A DNA stretch of 64,000 bases. Source: an uncultured Phycisphaerales bacterium (lineage in GTDB: Bacteria; Planctomycetota; Phycisphaerae; Tepidisphaerales; Tepidisphaeraceae). Both the position numbers and the translations under genes were made by a program. A model generated the notes under the pieces. That model did no database searches. It was given only the letters and a program-made list of their open reading frames with translations, and was not told the origin of the DNA. Below are positions 11,044 through 24,187 of this stretch, one piece after another (the first letter of the stretch is position 1; every line of letters begins with the position of its first letter). Location of the stretch: contig CAWJPJ010000006.1 of the NCBI GenBank assembly GCA_963844715.1, positions 256,001 through 320,000 of the forward strand. The letters are read 5' to 3'.

Positions 11044-12053
11044 GTGAATTAAATCCAACCGCCAACGAGGCGATCCTCCTGACCGCGCCCGGCGCGGCGG
11101 CGATCGCCGTCATCCGCATCCGCGGACCGGGAGTGGGCGAATTCCTTAACAAATGCTTCTCAAAACCCGTTAGGCCGGGGCAGTGTGTGCATGGCGAATT
11201 GCGCGATGGCGATTCAGTTTTGGATGATCCGCTGATTGTGCAGGGGGCGAATTCCCGGTGGGCAGACATCAGCGTGCATGGCGGCGATTGGGTGATTCGC
11301 TCCGTGCTCGAATTAACAAAAGCCCACGGCTTTGCCGTCATCGAAGCGGCATTGCCCCTGCCGGACGCGGCGTTGGATGACGACGGCTCAGTGTTGGATC
11401 GGGAAGTCGAAGCCTATTTGCCCCTGGCTCGCACCGAATTGGCGATCCGCACATTGCTCGCCCAGCCCGAGAGCTGGAGACGGGCGCTGGCAGGTAAGCT
11501 CAACGTGACCGAGATTTTGCAGGATCGGTCACTCTGGTGGCTGCTGAACCCGCCGCAGATTGCAATCGTGGGCGAGCCGAATGTCGGGAAGTCGACGTTG
11601 GCCAATCAGCTCTTTGGGGAAAAGAGATCGATCACCGCTGACATGCCCGGAACAACTCGAGATTGGGTCGGCGATTTTGCAAACATCGGCGGATTGGCCG
11701 TGCATTTGATCGACACGCCGGGTTTGCGAGAAACCGGGGATGAAATTGAAAGAGCAGCGATCGCCGTCAGCGAGGAGAAAGTTGCCCAAAGCGATTTGAA
11801 GATTTGCGTTTTGGATGCCACGCAGCGGCCCCAGAGTGTTCCAACCGATGGGATAGTCGTGATTAACAAGATCGATCAGCCCGCCGGATGGGACATCTCC
11901 GCGGTCGACGCCGTTCAGGTTTCCGCGATCACAGGCGACGGAGTTGATCTCCTGCGAGGGCGAATTTGTGAGTGGTTTGGAATCGGCAAGCGCCCGGAAG
12001 ATTCGCCTCGCTGGTGGACGGAGAGGCAAAAAATACTCCTTGGCCAAAAATGA
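11040..12053 (+). CDS. MnmE/TrmE-like GTPase, short form
   Basis: GTG start overlapping the coaX stop; LTAPGAAAIAVIRIRG, ISVHGG, GEPNVGKSTL, PGTTRD, DTPG, NKID. Confidence 0.8.
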   Translation: MSELNPTANEAILLTAPGAAAIAVIRIRGPGVGEFLNKCFSKPVRPGQCVHGELRDGDSVLDDPLIVQGANSRWADISVHGGDWVIRSVLELTKAHGFAVIEAALPLPDAALDDDGSVLDREVEAYLPLARTELAIRTLLAQPESWRRALAGKLNVTEILQDRSLWWLLNPPQIAIVGEPNVGKSTLANQLFGEKRSITADMPGTTRDWVGDFANIGGLAVHLIDTPGLRETGDEIERAAIAVSEEKVAQSDLKICVLDATQRPQSVPTDGIVVINKIDQPAGWDISAVDAVQVSAITGDGVDLLRGRICEWFGIGKRPEDSPRWWTERQKILLGQK

Positions 12054-12086
12054 AGGGTCAATTAAAGGCGTGCGCGAACCCAACGT

Positions 12087-14140
12087 CTAATTTGCAAATC
12101 CCGCCATCCGCGCGATGTCCTGATAGGTGACCAGCAGGAACACCCCAAGGATCAACACAAGCCCCACGGTTTGCACGATGCGCTGCATCTCCGACGACAA
12201 CGGCTTGCCCTGGATTTTCTCCAGGATGAGGAGAGTGAACAATCCGCCGTCCACAATCGGGATGGGGAGGAAATTCACGACCGCCAGGTTCGCGCTAATA
12301 TTGGCCAGGAACCAGAGAAGCCACGACATTCCTCGTCCGGCAAGTTGCGCACGGCGCTGAACATGCCAATGGGGCCCATGAGATTTGTCGGGCTCACGTC
12401 CCCGGTGAACATGCGCTCAAGGGTCACGTAAAGTTCCAGGATCGCGTCGCGGGTTTCGCCGACGCCCCATTCCATCGCGATGAAGGGATTCGACGTCTTC
12501 ATCGTCCCGGCCATGGGTCTGAGCTGCAAATCGTCGGTGTAGGCGACCATCCTCGCATCCGAAACGTCCTGATCGGAAAGCTCCACGTCGGCCACGGCAG
12601 GGGCGGCGCTCCCGGATTCCGAATACGGCTCATAACTGATCTTAAACGTGTCCCCGGGACTGGCGGTCGCGATTGCGTGAATCACCTCAAACCAATTGTT
12701 GACCGGATTCCCGTTGATGGCGGTGAGCGTCGCCCAGGCCGGAATTTTCCCCGCGGCGGACGAATCCGGATTCACCTGCGCGACGACCAGATGCTGCTCG
12801 TCGTAAAGGTTGATGCCGATCCCCAATCCCACTTTCCCGTTTCCGATGCGAACGGACGGCACAATCCCGTCGAGTTGATGCGGCTCCTTTTCGCCGAGGC
12901 TGAGGACGGTCAAATCGACCGGGATTTTTTTATCGCCGGCATCGGCGATGACTTTTCGCAGTTGTTCCGGCGACGGATTGGAAACCCGGTCGCCGCCCGC
13001 TTCGATGGAAACGATAACATCGCCCGGCTTCAGCTTGTCCAGCGCCGGAGAATCATCATGGATCATGTCGACCATGGCGCGAGGGACCATCCCAAGGAAA
13101 TTCAGCGGGTCTTTCCCAAACGGGCCTTGAAGATGCGGATAAATCGACCGATGCACGATCGAGCCGTCGGCGGTCCGAATCGTCAGATCGATCGGGTTAC
13201 CCTCCGATGCGGCCAACGCCTGGTCCAGCTTCCAATATTCGTTTATCGCGACGGGCTGATTGTTGATTTGAGTGATCGTTTCCCCCGGCCCCAGGGCCAC
13301 GGTGCCCGGCATGAGGGTCTTTTTCATTTCGGAAACGTTCCAGTCCTCGTCGGCGGTTTTCGGATCGATCCCCTCCAACTGGCTCGGGGGCATGATGCCC
13401 ATGGCTAAAAGAGCCCGGGATTCATCGCCCGGCCGCGCCGGCTTGCCGTAGAGCGTTTCCTCAACACGATCCACGTGGCGGACCGCGATCGGAATCGTTT
13501 GGCCCTCCTCCGACAGTGCGACCCCCAGCGCGATCTTGGTGAAGTCGCCGATGGTCCGCTTCCCGTTGATGGAGAGAATTTCGTCCCCCGAAACCAGCGG
13601 CGTGCGGACGCCGTGCGCGTCGACAGTTTGCATCGCCGGGCTCAGCGAAATCACGCCCCCCACGCGCGCCGGCGGGACCGGATAGCCGATCAGAAAGACG
13701 ATCATGAATCCGACCGCCGCGAGGATCACGTTCATGATCACGCCGGCCGAGACAATAAGCATTCTCGCGCGGATGGATTTATTGTTGTACGCGCGTGGAT
13801 CGTCGGCGACTCCGCCGGGGCGGAGATCGTCCTGCCCCAGCATCTTCACGTACCCGCCCAGCGGGAGCCAATTGATGCGGTATTCGGTTTCCCCGATGTC
13901 CTTGGCGGTATCGGGAAAATCTTTTTTGATTTTCTCCACCTCGGAGTTGGTCGAACCCCAGCGGAAGCCTAGCCCTTTGCGAAACGAAACCAGTGCGTGC
14001 CCGAACCCCAGGGCGAACTGCTCGACTCTGACGTCGCAATATTTCGCCGCGAGGAAATGCCCCAGTTCATGGATGAAGATCACCATGCTGAAGCCGATGG
14101 CGAGGTACAGATAGTCCAGTAGAGTTGATAGGTGGGGCAT
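12087..14140 (-). CDS. rseP: Site-2 intramembrane metalloprotease with PDZ domains (frameshift near 12330)
   Basis: HELGH, PLGGYVKMLGQ, NFLPIPIVDGG; adjacent to dxr. Confidence 0.9.
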
Positions 14141-14183
14141 GTGCTCCGTCACTGGGGAAAAAGGCGCGGCGCGAAAGAGGCCG

Positions 14184-15356
14184 CTAAACTATGGGTGTTG
14201 ACTCCCTTTGCGTTTGAGATTGTGCCGCCTGTCGCGCCCATGCGTCGGCATCCAAAAGATCGTCCAAATCGGGTTTCGACTCCAGCCGATGCTCGGCGAT
14301 TGTACGCTCGACAATGGAACAAATCTCCCCAAAGCGGATCTTACCGGCGATAAAAGCCTCCACCGCAATCTCATTGGCGGCATTCATGACCGCCCCCATG
14401 GTACCGGCGGCTTCGGCCACTTTATAGGCGATTCGCAAGGCCGGAAAACGATCAAAGTCAGGGGGCTCAAAATGAAGCGCCGTTGCCGCCGACCAGTCCA
14501 TCCGCCGGCTGCATCCCTCGGCCCGATCCGGATAAGTCAGCGCATATTGAATCGGCGTCCGCATATCCGGTGGGGAAAGCTGCGCGATCACTGACCCGTC
14601 AACGAACTCCACCATGGAATGAATGATCGACTCGGGATGAATGACGATCTGAACCTGATCGGGTTTAAGATCGAAGAGCCAGCATGCCTCAATCAACTCG
14701 AGGGCTTTGTTGAACATTGTGGCCGAGTCGATCGTGATTTTGTTTCCCATCCGCCAGGTAGGATGATTGAGCGCGTCGTCCAGCGTCGCGTTATAAATCT
14801 TCTCCGGCTCCCATTTCCGGAACGGCCCGCCGCTGGCCGTCAGAACCACGCGGCGGACATCGGATCGTCGCCCGCAAGCCATCGCCTGGAAAATTGCCGA
14901 ATGTTCTGAATCGACTGGCAGCAGCGGCGTATTGCGCCGCCGCGCCTCGGGAATGAGCAACGACCCGGCGACGACGAGCGATTCTTTGTTCGCCAGCGCC
15001 AAAGGCTTCCCCGCCTTGACGCAAGCCAAAGCTGCGGGAAGCCCCGCCGCACCGACCACCGCCGATAGAACGATGTCCACGTCCGGCCGGTGAACCAGAT
15101 CCACCAATCCCCCAGCGCCGGCATATATCTTCGGCTCCTTGCACTGAAGATGGCTTCGAAACTCTTCCACTCGAGCCGGGTCCACGAGTGCCACGGCCTC
15201 AGGATTGAACATGCGGGTCTGATCCGCCAGCTTCTGCACCTGCCGATTCGCGCCCAAAGCCAAAGCGCGGTAGGGGGGCCCAAGATGTTGGATGACGTCG
15301 AGGGTGCTGCAGCCGATGGAGCCGGTGGACCCAAGAAGTGCGACACGCTTATTCAC
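14184..15356 (-). CDS. dxr: 1-deoxy-D-xylulose 5-phosphate reductoisomerase
   Basis: LGSTGSIG, LANKESLV, PVDSEHSAIFQ, LTASGGPF, HPTWRMGNKITIDSATMFNKALE. Confidence 0.97.
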   Translation of the reverse strand: MNKRVALLGSTGSIGCSTLDVIQHLGPPYRALALGANRQVQKLADQTRMFNPEAVALVDPARVEEFRSHLQCKEPKIYAGAGGLVDLVHRPDVDIVLSAVVGAAGLPAALACVKAGKPLALANKESLVVAGSLLIPEARRRNTPLLPVDSEHSAIFQAMACGRRSDVRRVVLTASGGPFRKWEPEKIYNATLDDALNHPTWRMGNKITIDSATMFNKALELIEACWLFDLKPDQVQIVIHPESIIHSMVEFVDGSVIAQLSPPDMRTPIQYALTYPDRAEGCSRRMDWSAATALHFEPPDFDRFPALRIAYKVAEAAGTMGAVMNAANEIAVEAFIAGKIRFGEICSIVERTIAEHRLESKPDLDDLLDADAWARQAAQSQTQRESTPIV

Positions 15357-15452
15357 GGGCCAACATAATAATAACGGCGGCGGGCAAAGGATAGGCGTGT
15401 CAAATTGGGGAAGGGGTAGGGGTGAAGGTAAGCATTTATCAGACCGCCAGTG

Positions 15453-17132
15453 CTATTCAACGTAGAGATTGCGCATGGCAAATCGACGATTGTTGAACCG
15501 GCCCAGCAGAAGGTTCAGGGCCGCCATCAGAGCCAGGAAGGTAATGATTGTGACTGGCGAGCGCGCGATCGTCATGGGGATGAGGAACGCGACGACCATC
15601 AGCGGAAATATGAACATGAACAAAGCGTATTGCCTTGCCGGAACGGCTTTTTCAGCCTTGCGCGAGAACGGAAAGTCGCGAAATCGAAAAAGGGCGATCT
15701 CGAAAAGCAGCCACCCGCTCAGAAATCCATAGATGCCGAGCTTCAGCGTCTCCACCGGCGGCATGAAGAATTGAAAGACGAGCACGTAAAGGACGAGCAT
15801 TGGAACGAAGATGTAAATGGCCGCGGCTTTTTTCACCGCGCGGAGAATTAAATCCTGCTTCTGAAGTGGAGCGATTTGAAAAATCCAGCTTCCGGCGTAT
15901 TCGTCGGAATAGGGGATCAGCGCCACCAAGGCCGCGGCGCACACCGCAAACGCCATGGTCGTAAAGCAAGCGGACATCCCCGTGATTTGCGACCGATTAT
16001 CGCGGTCGAATCCCACCACCAGCAGCATCGCGAACATCGACCCGAACTGCGGGAACAATTGCATCTTGAATTTGCGGTTCCGGCGGAACATCGCACAAAT
16101 AAACGAAAAGAATGCCAGTTCCTGGGGATCGCGAACATAAAATGACAGCAACCGCGCGCGCGCACGGCGCAGCGCCCGAACCGGCGCTGACGACACGGTT
16201 TTCGACGAAGCGGTGATCATCCGGCCGAGCCGCTCGGAATAATCCAGCGAAATCGCACGAAATATGCCCGGCAGGATCAGCAGCATGACGACCAGCCCGA
16301 ACCCCGCCGAAATAAACGTCGGCAGGCTCCAGTGATGCTGGCCAATCTCGATCATGTCGGCAAACCACGTCGGCGGGAAAAGGTACCCCCACGTGTGCGA
16401 AACTATCTCGACGTGCGACCCGCTGGATCGCAGAAACAGGCGCGGAATAAGCTGGTACCCTAAAAAAAAGATGAATGAGAAAACGATCTGGCAGTAAGCC
16501 AGAACGTCCTTCAGCCGTTCATAATTGAGCCAGCGCATCAGCAGGCCATAGATGGCCACGACCGCCGCGGCGACGAACAGGTTCGCCACCACCGACACGC
16601 CCAGATAAACCAAGGGAAAATACCAAAGCGAATCGTCGCAAAAAATCCCCAAAATCGCCGGCCCCAGGTTGAGTGAAAGCCCCAGGACCAGGACATAGAA
16701 CAGGAGATTTGAAAAACGCACCGCCATGAAGGTTCGCGATGAGATCGGCCGATGCGCGAGAATCGGGAAATCATCCGGGGATATCACAACCAGCGCGAAT
16801 TCCATCAGGATCAGCATCCCCAGCATCGTCATGCAGTACCCGAGCGTGATCAGCGAATAGTAAAACGACGGAGCGGTCATGCTGATGATGATCGCAAGAA
16901 TCGAGCTGAATAGAAGATTCAGCGCGACCGCCATCTTCAGGGCGTTTTTGGTTTGGCTGGCGCCACCGCGGCTAAAAGGCCCGCTGGACCGGAAATCCAT
17001 CGTCAGCGACGCCTGAAGCAGCGTGTGGTATTGCTCGGCGTCTACGCCCACGTGCGAGAGAAGCCGTCCGAGCGCGCGTGTGAAGCGCTGGACAAGCGTC
17101 TGGCGCGGCATGATGTACGGAACGCTCGTCAT
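15453..17132 (-). CDS. ABC-2 type transporter permease
   Basis: Many TM segments; overlaps the ABC ATPase stop. Confidence 0.75.
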   Translation of the reverse strand: MTSVPYIMPRQTLVQRFTRALGRLLSHVGVDAEQYHTLLQASLTMDFRSSGPFSRGGASQTKNALKMAVALNLLFSSILAIIISMTAPSFYYSLITLGYCMTMLGMLILMEFALVVISPDDFPILAHRPISSRTFMAVRFSNLLFYVLVLGLSLNLGPAILGIFCDDSLWYFPLVYLGVSVVANLFVAAAVVAIYGLLMRWLNYERLKDVLAYCQIVFSFIFFLGYQLIPRLFLRSSGSHVEIVSHTWGYLFPPTWFADMIEIGQHHWSLPTFISAGFGLVVMLLILPGIFRAISLDYSERLGRMITASSKTVSSAPVRALRRARARLLSFYVRDPQELAFFSFICAMFRRNRKFKMQLFPQFGSMFAMLLVVGFDRDNRSQITGMSACFTTMAFAVCAAALVALIPYSDEYAGSWIFQIAPLQKQDLILRAVKKAAAIYIFVPMLVLYVLVFQFFMPPVETLKLGIYGFLSGWLLFEIALFRFRDFPFSRKAEKAVPARQYALFMFIFPLMVVAFLIPMTIARSPVTIITFLALMAALNLLLGRFNNRRFAMRNLYVE

Positions 17133-17899
17133 GTTCCCGAAACCACCGCCCCAAATTCGCGGGCGACTTGCGCGACATCCGTGTCATCGGTCAATTTCTT
17201 GAACACGTCTTCCAGCGATCCCTGAGCCGTCGACAGCTTCAGCTGCTCAACCGGAGCATCAGCGATGATCTTGCCCCGATCGATGATGACGACCCGTTTG
17301 CACAATCGCTCCACAACGTCCAAAACGTGTGAGCAATAGAAAATGGTTTTTCCCTGATCAGCGAGATGCCGGAGCAGCTCTTTGAAGACCAGCATCGAAT
17401 TGGCGTCCAGCCCGCTCAGAGGCTCATCGAAGAAAAGGAGATCCGGGTTGTGGATCAGGGCGGAACTGATCAGCACCTTTTGCCGCATCCCTTTGGAGTA
17501 GCTGCCCAGCCGCTGATCCGATGCCGAAGCAAGATCGAACAATCTCAAGAATTCATTGGCCTTTTTGGCGATGAGTTTTTCGGGCATGTGATAGAGCCGC
17601 CCGACGAGCTGGAGGAATTCGAACCCGGTGAGGCTTTCGTAGATCCCCCCGGTCTCCGGGACGTAGCCGATCCGCTGCTTCAAGGCCAGCGGATTGGCCT
17701 GGGCGTCCTGCCCGTCGAACAGGACGCGCCCGGCTGTCGGCGCCAGCACGCCAATCAGCATTTTGACGGTTGTGCTCTTGCCCGCCCCGTTTGGCCCCAG
17801 ATAACCCAGTATTTCCCCGGCGTTGACCTGGAAGGAAACATTGTCCACGGCCAGAAACTCGCCGTATTTTTTAGTCAAGCCCGATGCTTCAATTTTCAT
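17129..17899 (-). CDS. ABC transporter ATP-binding protein
   Basis: GPNGAGKST, YSKGMRQK, FFDEPLSGLD, H-loop. Confidence 0.95.
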   Translation of the reverse strand: MKIEASGLTKKYGEFLAVDNVSFQVNAGEILGYLGPNGAGKSTTVKMLIGVLAPTAGRVLFDGQDAQANPLALKQRIGYVPETGGIYESLTGFEFLQLVGRLYHMPEKLIAKKANEFLRLFDLASASDQRLGSYSKGMRQKVLISSALIHNPDLLFFDEPLSGLDANSMLVFKELLRHLADQGKTIFYCSHVLDVVERLCKRVVIIDRGKIIADAPVEQLKLSTAQGSLEDVFKKLTDDTDVAQVAREFGAVVSGT

Positions 17900-17977
17900 G
17901 CGGTACTTCCGGGCGTGAACTATACCGTATGGGAAGTTGCCTCTCCACGGCGTAAGATACCCTTAAGAAATCACACC

Positions 17978-19327
<1,350 letters not shown>

Positions 19328-19346
19328 ATCACTTTTTATGGATTCC

Positions 19347-19396
19347 GACCTTGCAAAACTGCAAGGTCAGGAAAGCCTCGTCTTGCACGAGTGCAC
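19347..19396. promoter_or_regulatory. Candidate enhancer-binding-protein sites (TGCA-N4-TGCA)
   Basis: Perfect inverted repeat gaccttgca-aaac-tgcaaggtc (19347-19368) and ttgca-cgag-tgcac (19383-19396), about 75-120 bp upstream of the -24/-12 site. Confidence 0.65.
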
Positions 19397-19468
19397 GGTT
19401 GCGCGCATTCGGCTGCATCTCGCCGGCTGTAAGCTCATTTAAATTAACGACTTGTTTAGAACAGATGA

Positions 19469-19484
19469 TGGCACGGATCGTGCG
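19469..19484 (+). promoter_or_regulatory. Sigma-54 (-24/-12) promoter
   Basis: TGGCACGGATCGTGCG has GG-N10-GC spacing; IHF-like taacgacttgttt at 19445-19457; RBS aggag before ATG 19499. Confidence 0.75.
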
Positions 19485-19498
19485 ATAAGGAGACCAAC

Positions 19499-21460
19499 AT
19501 GTTTGGCCTGCGGCAAAAACTCATGACCGGGTTCGGAGGGCTGCTTCTCATTCTTCTCAGCGTGAGCGTTCTGGGCATTGCTGTCAGCCAACAGCATCGC
19601 GCCGCCATGGACAAGTTCCTTTACGAAAACTGGCGCAGCGTTGAGTACGGGCAAAAGATGGTCGAGTCCCTGAACATCCTCAATGACGAAGCCCGCGCGC
19701 TTCCGAGCGACGCGACGCCTGCCACCCTTGCCGCTGCCAAGGCTGCCGCCATGCCCGCCATTCATATCTTCGATAACAACGTCGAAGCCGAAGACAACAA
19801 CATCACCCTGCCCCACGAAGATGAGATCGCCGGGCAGTTGACCCTGCTCTGGCGAGGAATAGATCTGAAATCCGGTGCGAAAGTCACCGCCGATTCTTAT
19901 CGCGATTATTACCTGAAGGTTCTCGACGAGAAGACGATGCCGGATCAGCGCACCGCGGCTCTGGCGGCGGTTGCGCGACTTTCCCCGCGGGTGAAGGCCC
20001 AGCGCAGGGCGTGATCGATTTGAACCTGGAAAACATGACGCCCGTGGAAGGGCGCATCAAGGCGATGGCGGACGACGCCAGCAACTTGATGCTCGTCCTG
20101 GCGGGTGTTGGCACCGGCCTGGCCGTCCTGTTCACGATGATGATGGCCCGTTCGATCCTCGAGCCGGTCAAGGCATTGACCAAATCCGCCCAGCAGATTG
20201 AGCAGGGAAATCTCGACCTGGTCGTCCAGGTGAAATCCCACGATGAGTTGAGCAAATTGGCCGAGGCTTTCAATTCCATGGCCGCGAAGCTGCGCGAGTA
20301 CCGGCGCACCAGCCGGGCCAAGTTCGCGCGGACCCAGCAATCAACGCAAAACGCCATCAACAGCCTCCCCGATGCCGTAGCGATCGTCGCTCCCGACGGC
20401 AATGTCGAAATGGCGAACACCGCCGCGCAAAAACTGTTCGGCCTGCGCGCCGACGCCCTTGTAACGGATCAGCGCGCTCCCTGGCTGGTGAGTCTTTTCA
20501 ATAAGACAGCCGCTGATCTGCGCCCCGTCCAGCCCCGCGATTACGCCTCGGCGGTTCAGGTCCTGGACGAAAAGGGCGGCGAGAAATTCTTCCTGCCTCA
20601 TTCCGTGCCGGTTCTGGACGAAGAGGGAAATCTGTCCGGCGTGACGGTAGTTCTGGCCGACGTGACCAACCTTCGCCGCCTCGACGAAATGAAGAGCGGC
20701 ATGCTCTCGGTCGTAAGCCACGAGCTGAAGACCCCGCTGACCAGCATCCGCATGGGCGTCCATCTTCTGCTGGAAGAGCGGCTAGGTTCGCTCACGACGG
20801 CGCAAAACGACATTCTCACGGCCGTCCGCGAGGACAGCGATCGGCTCCATCGCATCGTCGAAAACCTTCTGGACATGGGCCGCATCGAATCGGGCCGGGA
20901 GATGATGGAACTCAGGCCCGAACCCGCGGAAAAAATCGTCACGGATGCCACCGAGCCGTTACTGACGGCGTTTCACGACAAGGGCGTATCCCTGACCACG
21001 CAGTTGCCCGATGTTTTGCCCGCCGTTCTCGTCGACGACACGCGGATCGGGCACGTTTTTTCCAACTTGCTCGGAAATGCCCTGAAGTTCACGCCGCCGG
21101 GCGGGCAAGTGACCATTTCCGCCGAGGCCCAGCCGGACGGGTTTGTGCCGCTTTACCGTCGCCGATACGGGCAAGGGAATTCCCCAGCAGTTCCAAGGCA
21201 AGATTTTCGAGCGATTCTTCCGGGTTCCCGGGCAAGGTTCTCAATCCGGCGCGGGAATGGGACTGGCGATCGCCCGGGAAATCGTCGAAGCGCACGGCGG
21301 AGCCGTCGGCGTTGAAAGCATGGAGGGCGAAGGCAGCAAATTCAGTTTCACATTGAAAGGCGCGGATTTGGCGAAGATCGGGCGCCCTCGCAATCCTACG
21401 CGCAGGAGGTCGGATCAACATGAGCAATCAACCCCCCCGAGTTTTAATCGTGGACGATGA
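19499..21460 (+). CDS. KinB-like sensor histidine kinase (periplasmic-HAMP-PAS-HisKA-HATPase); frameshifts near 20005 and 21145
   Basis: Two TM helices, ENWRSV periplasmic motif, HAMP, SHELKTPL, NLLGNALKFT, DTGKGI, GAGMGLAI. Confidence 0.9.
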
Positions 21461-22172
21461 GACGAACATCCGCCTCATGCTTCGCACGGCGCTACAGACC
21501 TTGCAATATGAAATTCACGAAGCGGGCAATGGCCGCGAGGCTTTGGACACGGTCGCAAAATGGTCGCCCGACGTCATGATTCTCGATCTGTCGATGCCCG
21601 TACTCGATGGGATGGGCGTCTTGCAGGAATTGAAGCCCGTTCGCATCGAGCGCAAACCCAGGATCGTCGTCCTGACTGCCTACGGGTCGATTCCAGCCGC
21701 CGTTCGCGCAACGCGCTCTGGGCGCGATCGACTTTCTCGAAAAGCCGGTCTCTCCCGACGAGGTTCGCGAAAGCGTCGAATCGGCCCTTACGGAGCCGAT
21801 GCCGCTGGTCGCCACGGAGCCCTCGGACGATCCGCTCTCGGGCGGCTACGCCGGCGTTCTCATGCGGGCGCGAAAGCGCTGCGCATGGCCCAATACGCCG
21901 ACGCCGAAACGCTTCTGATGAAAGCCGCCGACTTATCTCACAAGGATGCGCCCTACTACAACCTCCTGGGCGTCTTGTACGAAGCGCAGCGGCAGTGGCG
22001 TCTGGCGGCGCGCTTCTACAACAAGGCGATCGCCGTCAACAGCCGCTATGACCCCGCCCAGCGAAATCTTTGGAGATTGCAGGAACTGAAGCGTGCCGGC
22101 AAAACGCGCGAGCCCGCTGTCCTCGGCGATGAGCCCGACGTGATGTTCGCAAAATTGCCCGGAGAATTTTGA
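21420..22172 (+). CDS. Response regulator, receiver domain + TPR
   Basis: VLIVDDE..ILDLSMP..LTAYG; C-terminal YYNLLGVLYE..FYNKAI TPR; compensating frameshifts near 21715 and 21865. Confidence 0.8.
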   Translation: MSNQPPRVLIVDDETNIRLMLRTALQTLQYEIHEAGNGREALDTVAKWSPDVMILDLSMPVLDGMGVLQELKPVRIERKPRIVVLTAYGSIPAAVRATRSGRDRLSRKAGLSRRGSRKRRIGPYGADAAGRHGALGRSALGRLRRRSHAGAKALRMAQYADAETLLMKAADLSHKDAPYYNLLGVLYEAQRQWRLAARFYNKAIAVNSRYDPAQRNLWRLQELKRAGKTREPAVLGDEPDVMFAKLPGEF

Positions 22173-22174
22173 TC

Positions 22175-22261
22175 ATGGCAACCGACTTGATTTATGTCCT
22201 TGTACCCATCGCGTTCTTTCTTCTTGCCACCGCGTACCTCTACGCGTGCGGAGGACTTTGA
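22175..22261 (+). CDS. 28-aa hydrophobic peptide upstream of kdpF
   Basis: MATDLIYVLVPIAFFLLATAYLYACGGL*; tightly packed between the regulator and kdpF. Confidence 0.65.
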   Translation: MATDLIYVLVPIAFFLLATAYLYACGGL

Positions 22262-22264
22262 TTT

Positions 22265-22354
22265 ATGACGGCTGAAAATGTCATCGTCGGCCTGATCTGC
22301 ATGGCCCTCATGGCCTATCTATTCGTCGCGCTCATTCGTCCCGAGAAATTCTAA
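22265..22354 (+). CDS. kdpF: K+-transporting ATPase subunit F
   Basis: MTAENVIVGLICMALMAYLFVALIRPEKF* with the diagnostic YL..AL..PEKF end. Confidence 0.92.
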   Translation: MTAENVIVGLICMALMAYLFVALIRPEKF

Positions 22355-22390
22355 CCCGCGCCCGGCGCGCTATACACAAGAGAGTGAAAA

Positions 22391-24166
22391 ATGACGGCTG
22401 TTGGATGGTTTCAACTCATTTTGTACGTCGCGATCCTGCTGGCGATCACCAAGCCGCTGGGCGTGTTCCTGGTTCAAGTTCTTGATCCCGCCGGCAAGAC
22501 ATTCCTCGACCGACTGCTCAAGCCGATCGAGAAATTCTTCTACGCGATCCTCCGCGTCGATCCGCACCAGGAGCAGACGTGGCAGCAGTACGGCGTCTCG
22601 ATGCTGATTTTCAGCCTTGTCTCGCTCCTCTTCACATATGGCATTCTGCCGCCTCCAGGCGCATCTCCCGTTTCATCACAGCCTCGACCCCGTACAAAAC
22701 CAGACGACGCTCACGCCCGATCTGGCGTTCAACACCGCGGCCAGCTTCACCACCAACACCAACTGGCAGAACTACGGCGGCGAAAGCACGATGACCTATT
22801 TCTCCCAGATGGTCGCGCTCGCCTCGCATAATTTCTGGTCCGCAGCCATCGGCATTGCCATCGCGGCCGTCATCGTCCGCGGCATCTCCCGCGACCGCGG
22901 CTCAACCGTCGGAAATTTCTGGGCCGATCTCATTCGGCTCAATCTCTATCTCCTGATTCCAATTTGCATCGTCTACGCCCTCTTCCTGATCTCACAGGGG
23001 ATCATTCAAAATTTTCATCCCTATGTGCAGGTGCCGACCCTGGAGCAGCCTTCCAGCGCTCAGATCATTCCCATGGGCCCCGTGGCCTCGCAAATCGCCA
23101 TCAAAATGCTCGGCACCAACGGCGGTGGTTATTTCAATTCCAACGCGTCATTCACCTTCGAGAATCCCACCCCCCTGAGCAACTTCGTGCAGATGCTCTC
23201 CATCTTCGCGATCCCCAGCGCCCTCACCTATTACCTCGGACGAATGGTCAAGAATCAGGCGCATGGCTGGGCCGTCTGGGCCGCGATGGCGATTCTCTTT
23301 GTGGCCGGGTTCACGGTCTGCTATTGGGCCGAAGCGCGCGGCAATCCTATGATGGATAAGGCCGGTGTTCAGGCCGGCGACGGAAACATGGAAGGCAAGG
23401 AAGTGCGGTTCGGCATCGTCAATTCCGCGCTCTTCGCCACGATTACCACAGACGCCTCCTGCGGCGCCGTCAACGCCATGCACGAAAGCTTCACCCCGCT
23501 CGGCGGTATGATTCCCATGATCAACATCCAGCTCGGCGAGATCGTCTTTGGCGGCGTCGGCGCCGGCCTGTATGGCATGCTCGTCTTCGTCGTCCTGGCG
23601 ATCTTCATCGCCGGCCTCATGGTCGGCCGCACGCCGGAGTATCTCGGCAAGAAAATCGAATCCTACGACGTAAAGATGGCATCCCTGGCGGTTCTCATTC
23701 TGATATTCGATATTCTCGGCTTCACCGCCTGGTCATCCGTCAGCTCCTGGGGCGGAGGCACCCCCGCCGGTCCCGGAAACGTGCCCGGCTCCAACGCCAC
23801 CCAATTGAACAACATCGGTCCCCATGGTTTCAGCGAGCTGCTCTATGCCTATAGCTCCTGCACCGGCAACAACGGCAGCGCCTTCGCCGGCCTGAGCGGC
23901 AACACGCCCTGGCTGAACACAACCCTGGCGATCGCGATGCTCTTGGGCCGTTTCATCATGATGGTCCCGATCCTGGCCATGGCTGGAAATCTCGCCAAGA
24001 AAAATTGATCCCCATCAGCGCTGGGACTTTCCCGGTATGGGGCGGGACGTTTGTCCTGCTCCTGGTGGGCACGATCCTCATCGTCGGTGCTCTGACGTTC
24101 TTTCCGGCTCTCAGTCTCGGCCCGGTCGTCGAACACTTTCTGATGATCAATGGTCAAACGTTCTAA
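22391..24166 (+). CDS. kdpA: K+-transporting ATPase subunit A (frameshifts near 22645 and 24000)
   Basis: [54 protein letters not shown]. Confidence 0.95.
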
Positions 24167-24187
24167 GCCGCCAACAGGAGGTCTGGC

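Noticed and set aside
17366..17977. N-terminal extension of the sigma-54 regulator (653-aa ORF)
   Set aside because: It overlaps the ABC ATPase on the other strand; the receiver domain starts at ATG 17978.
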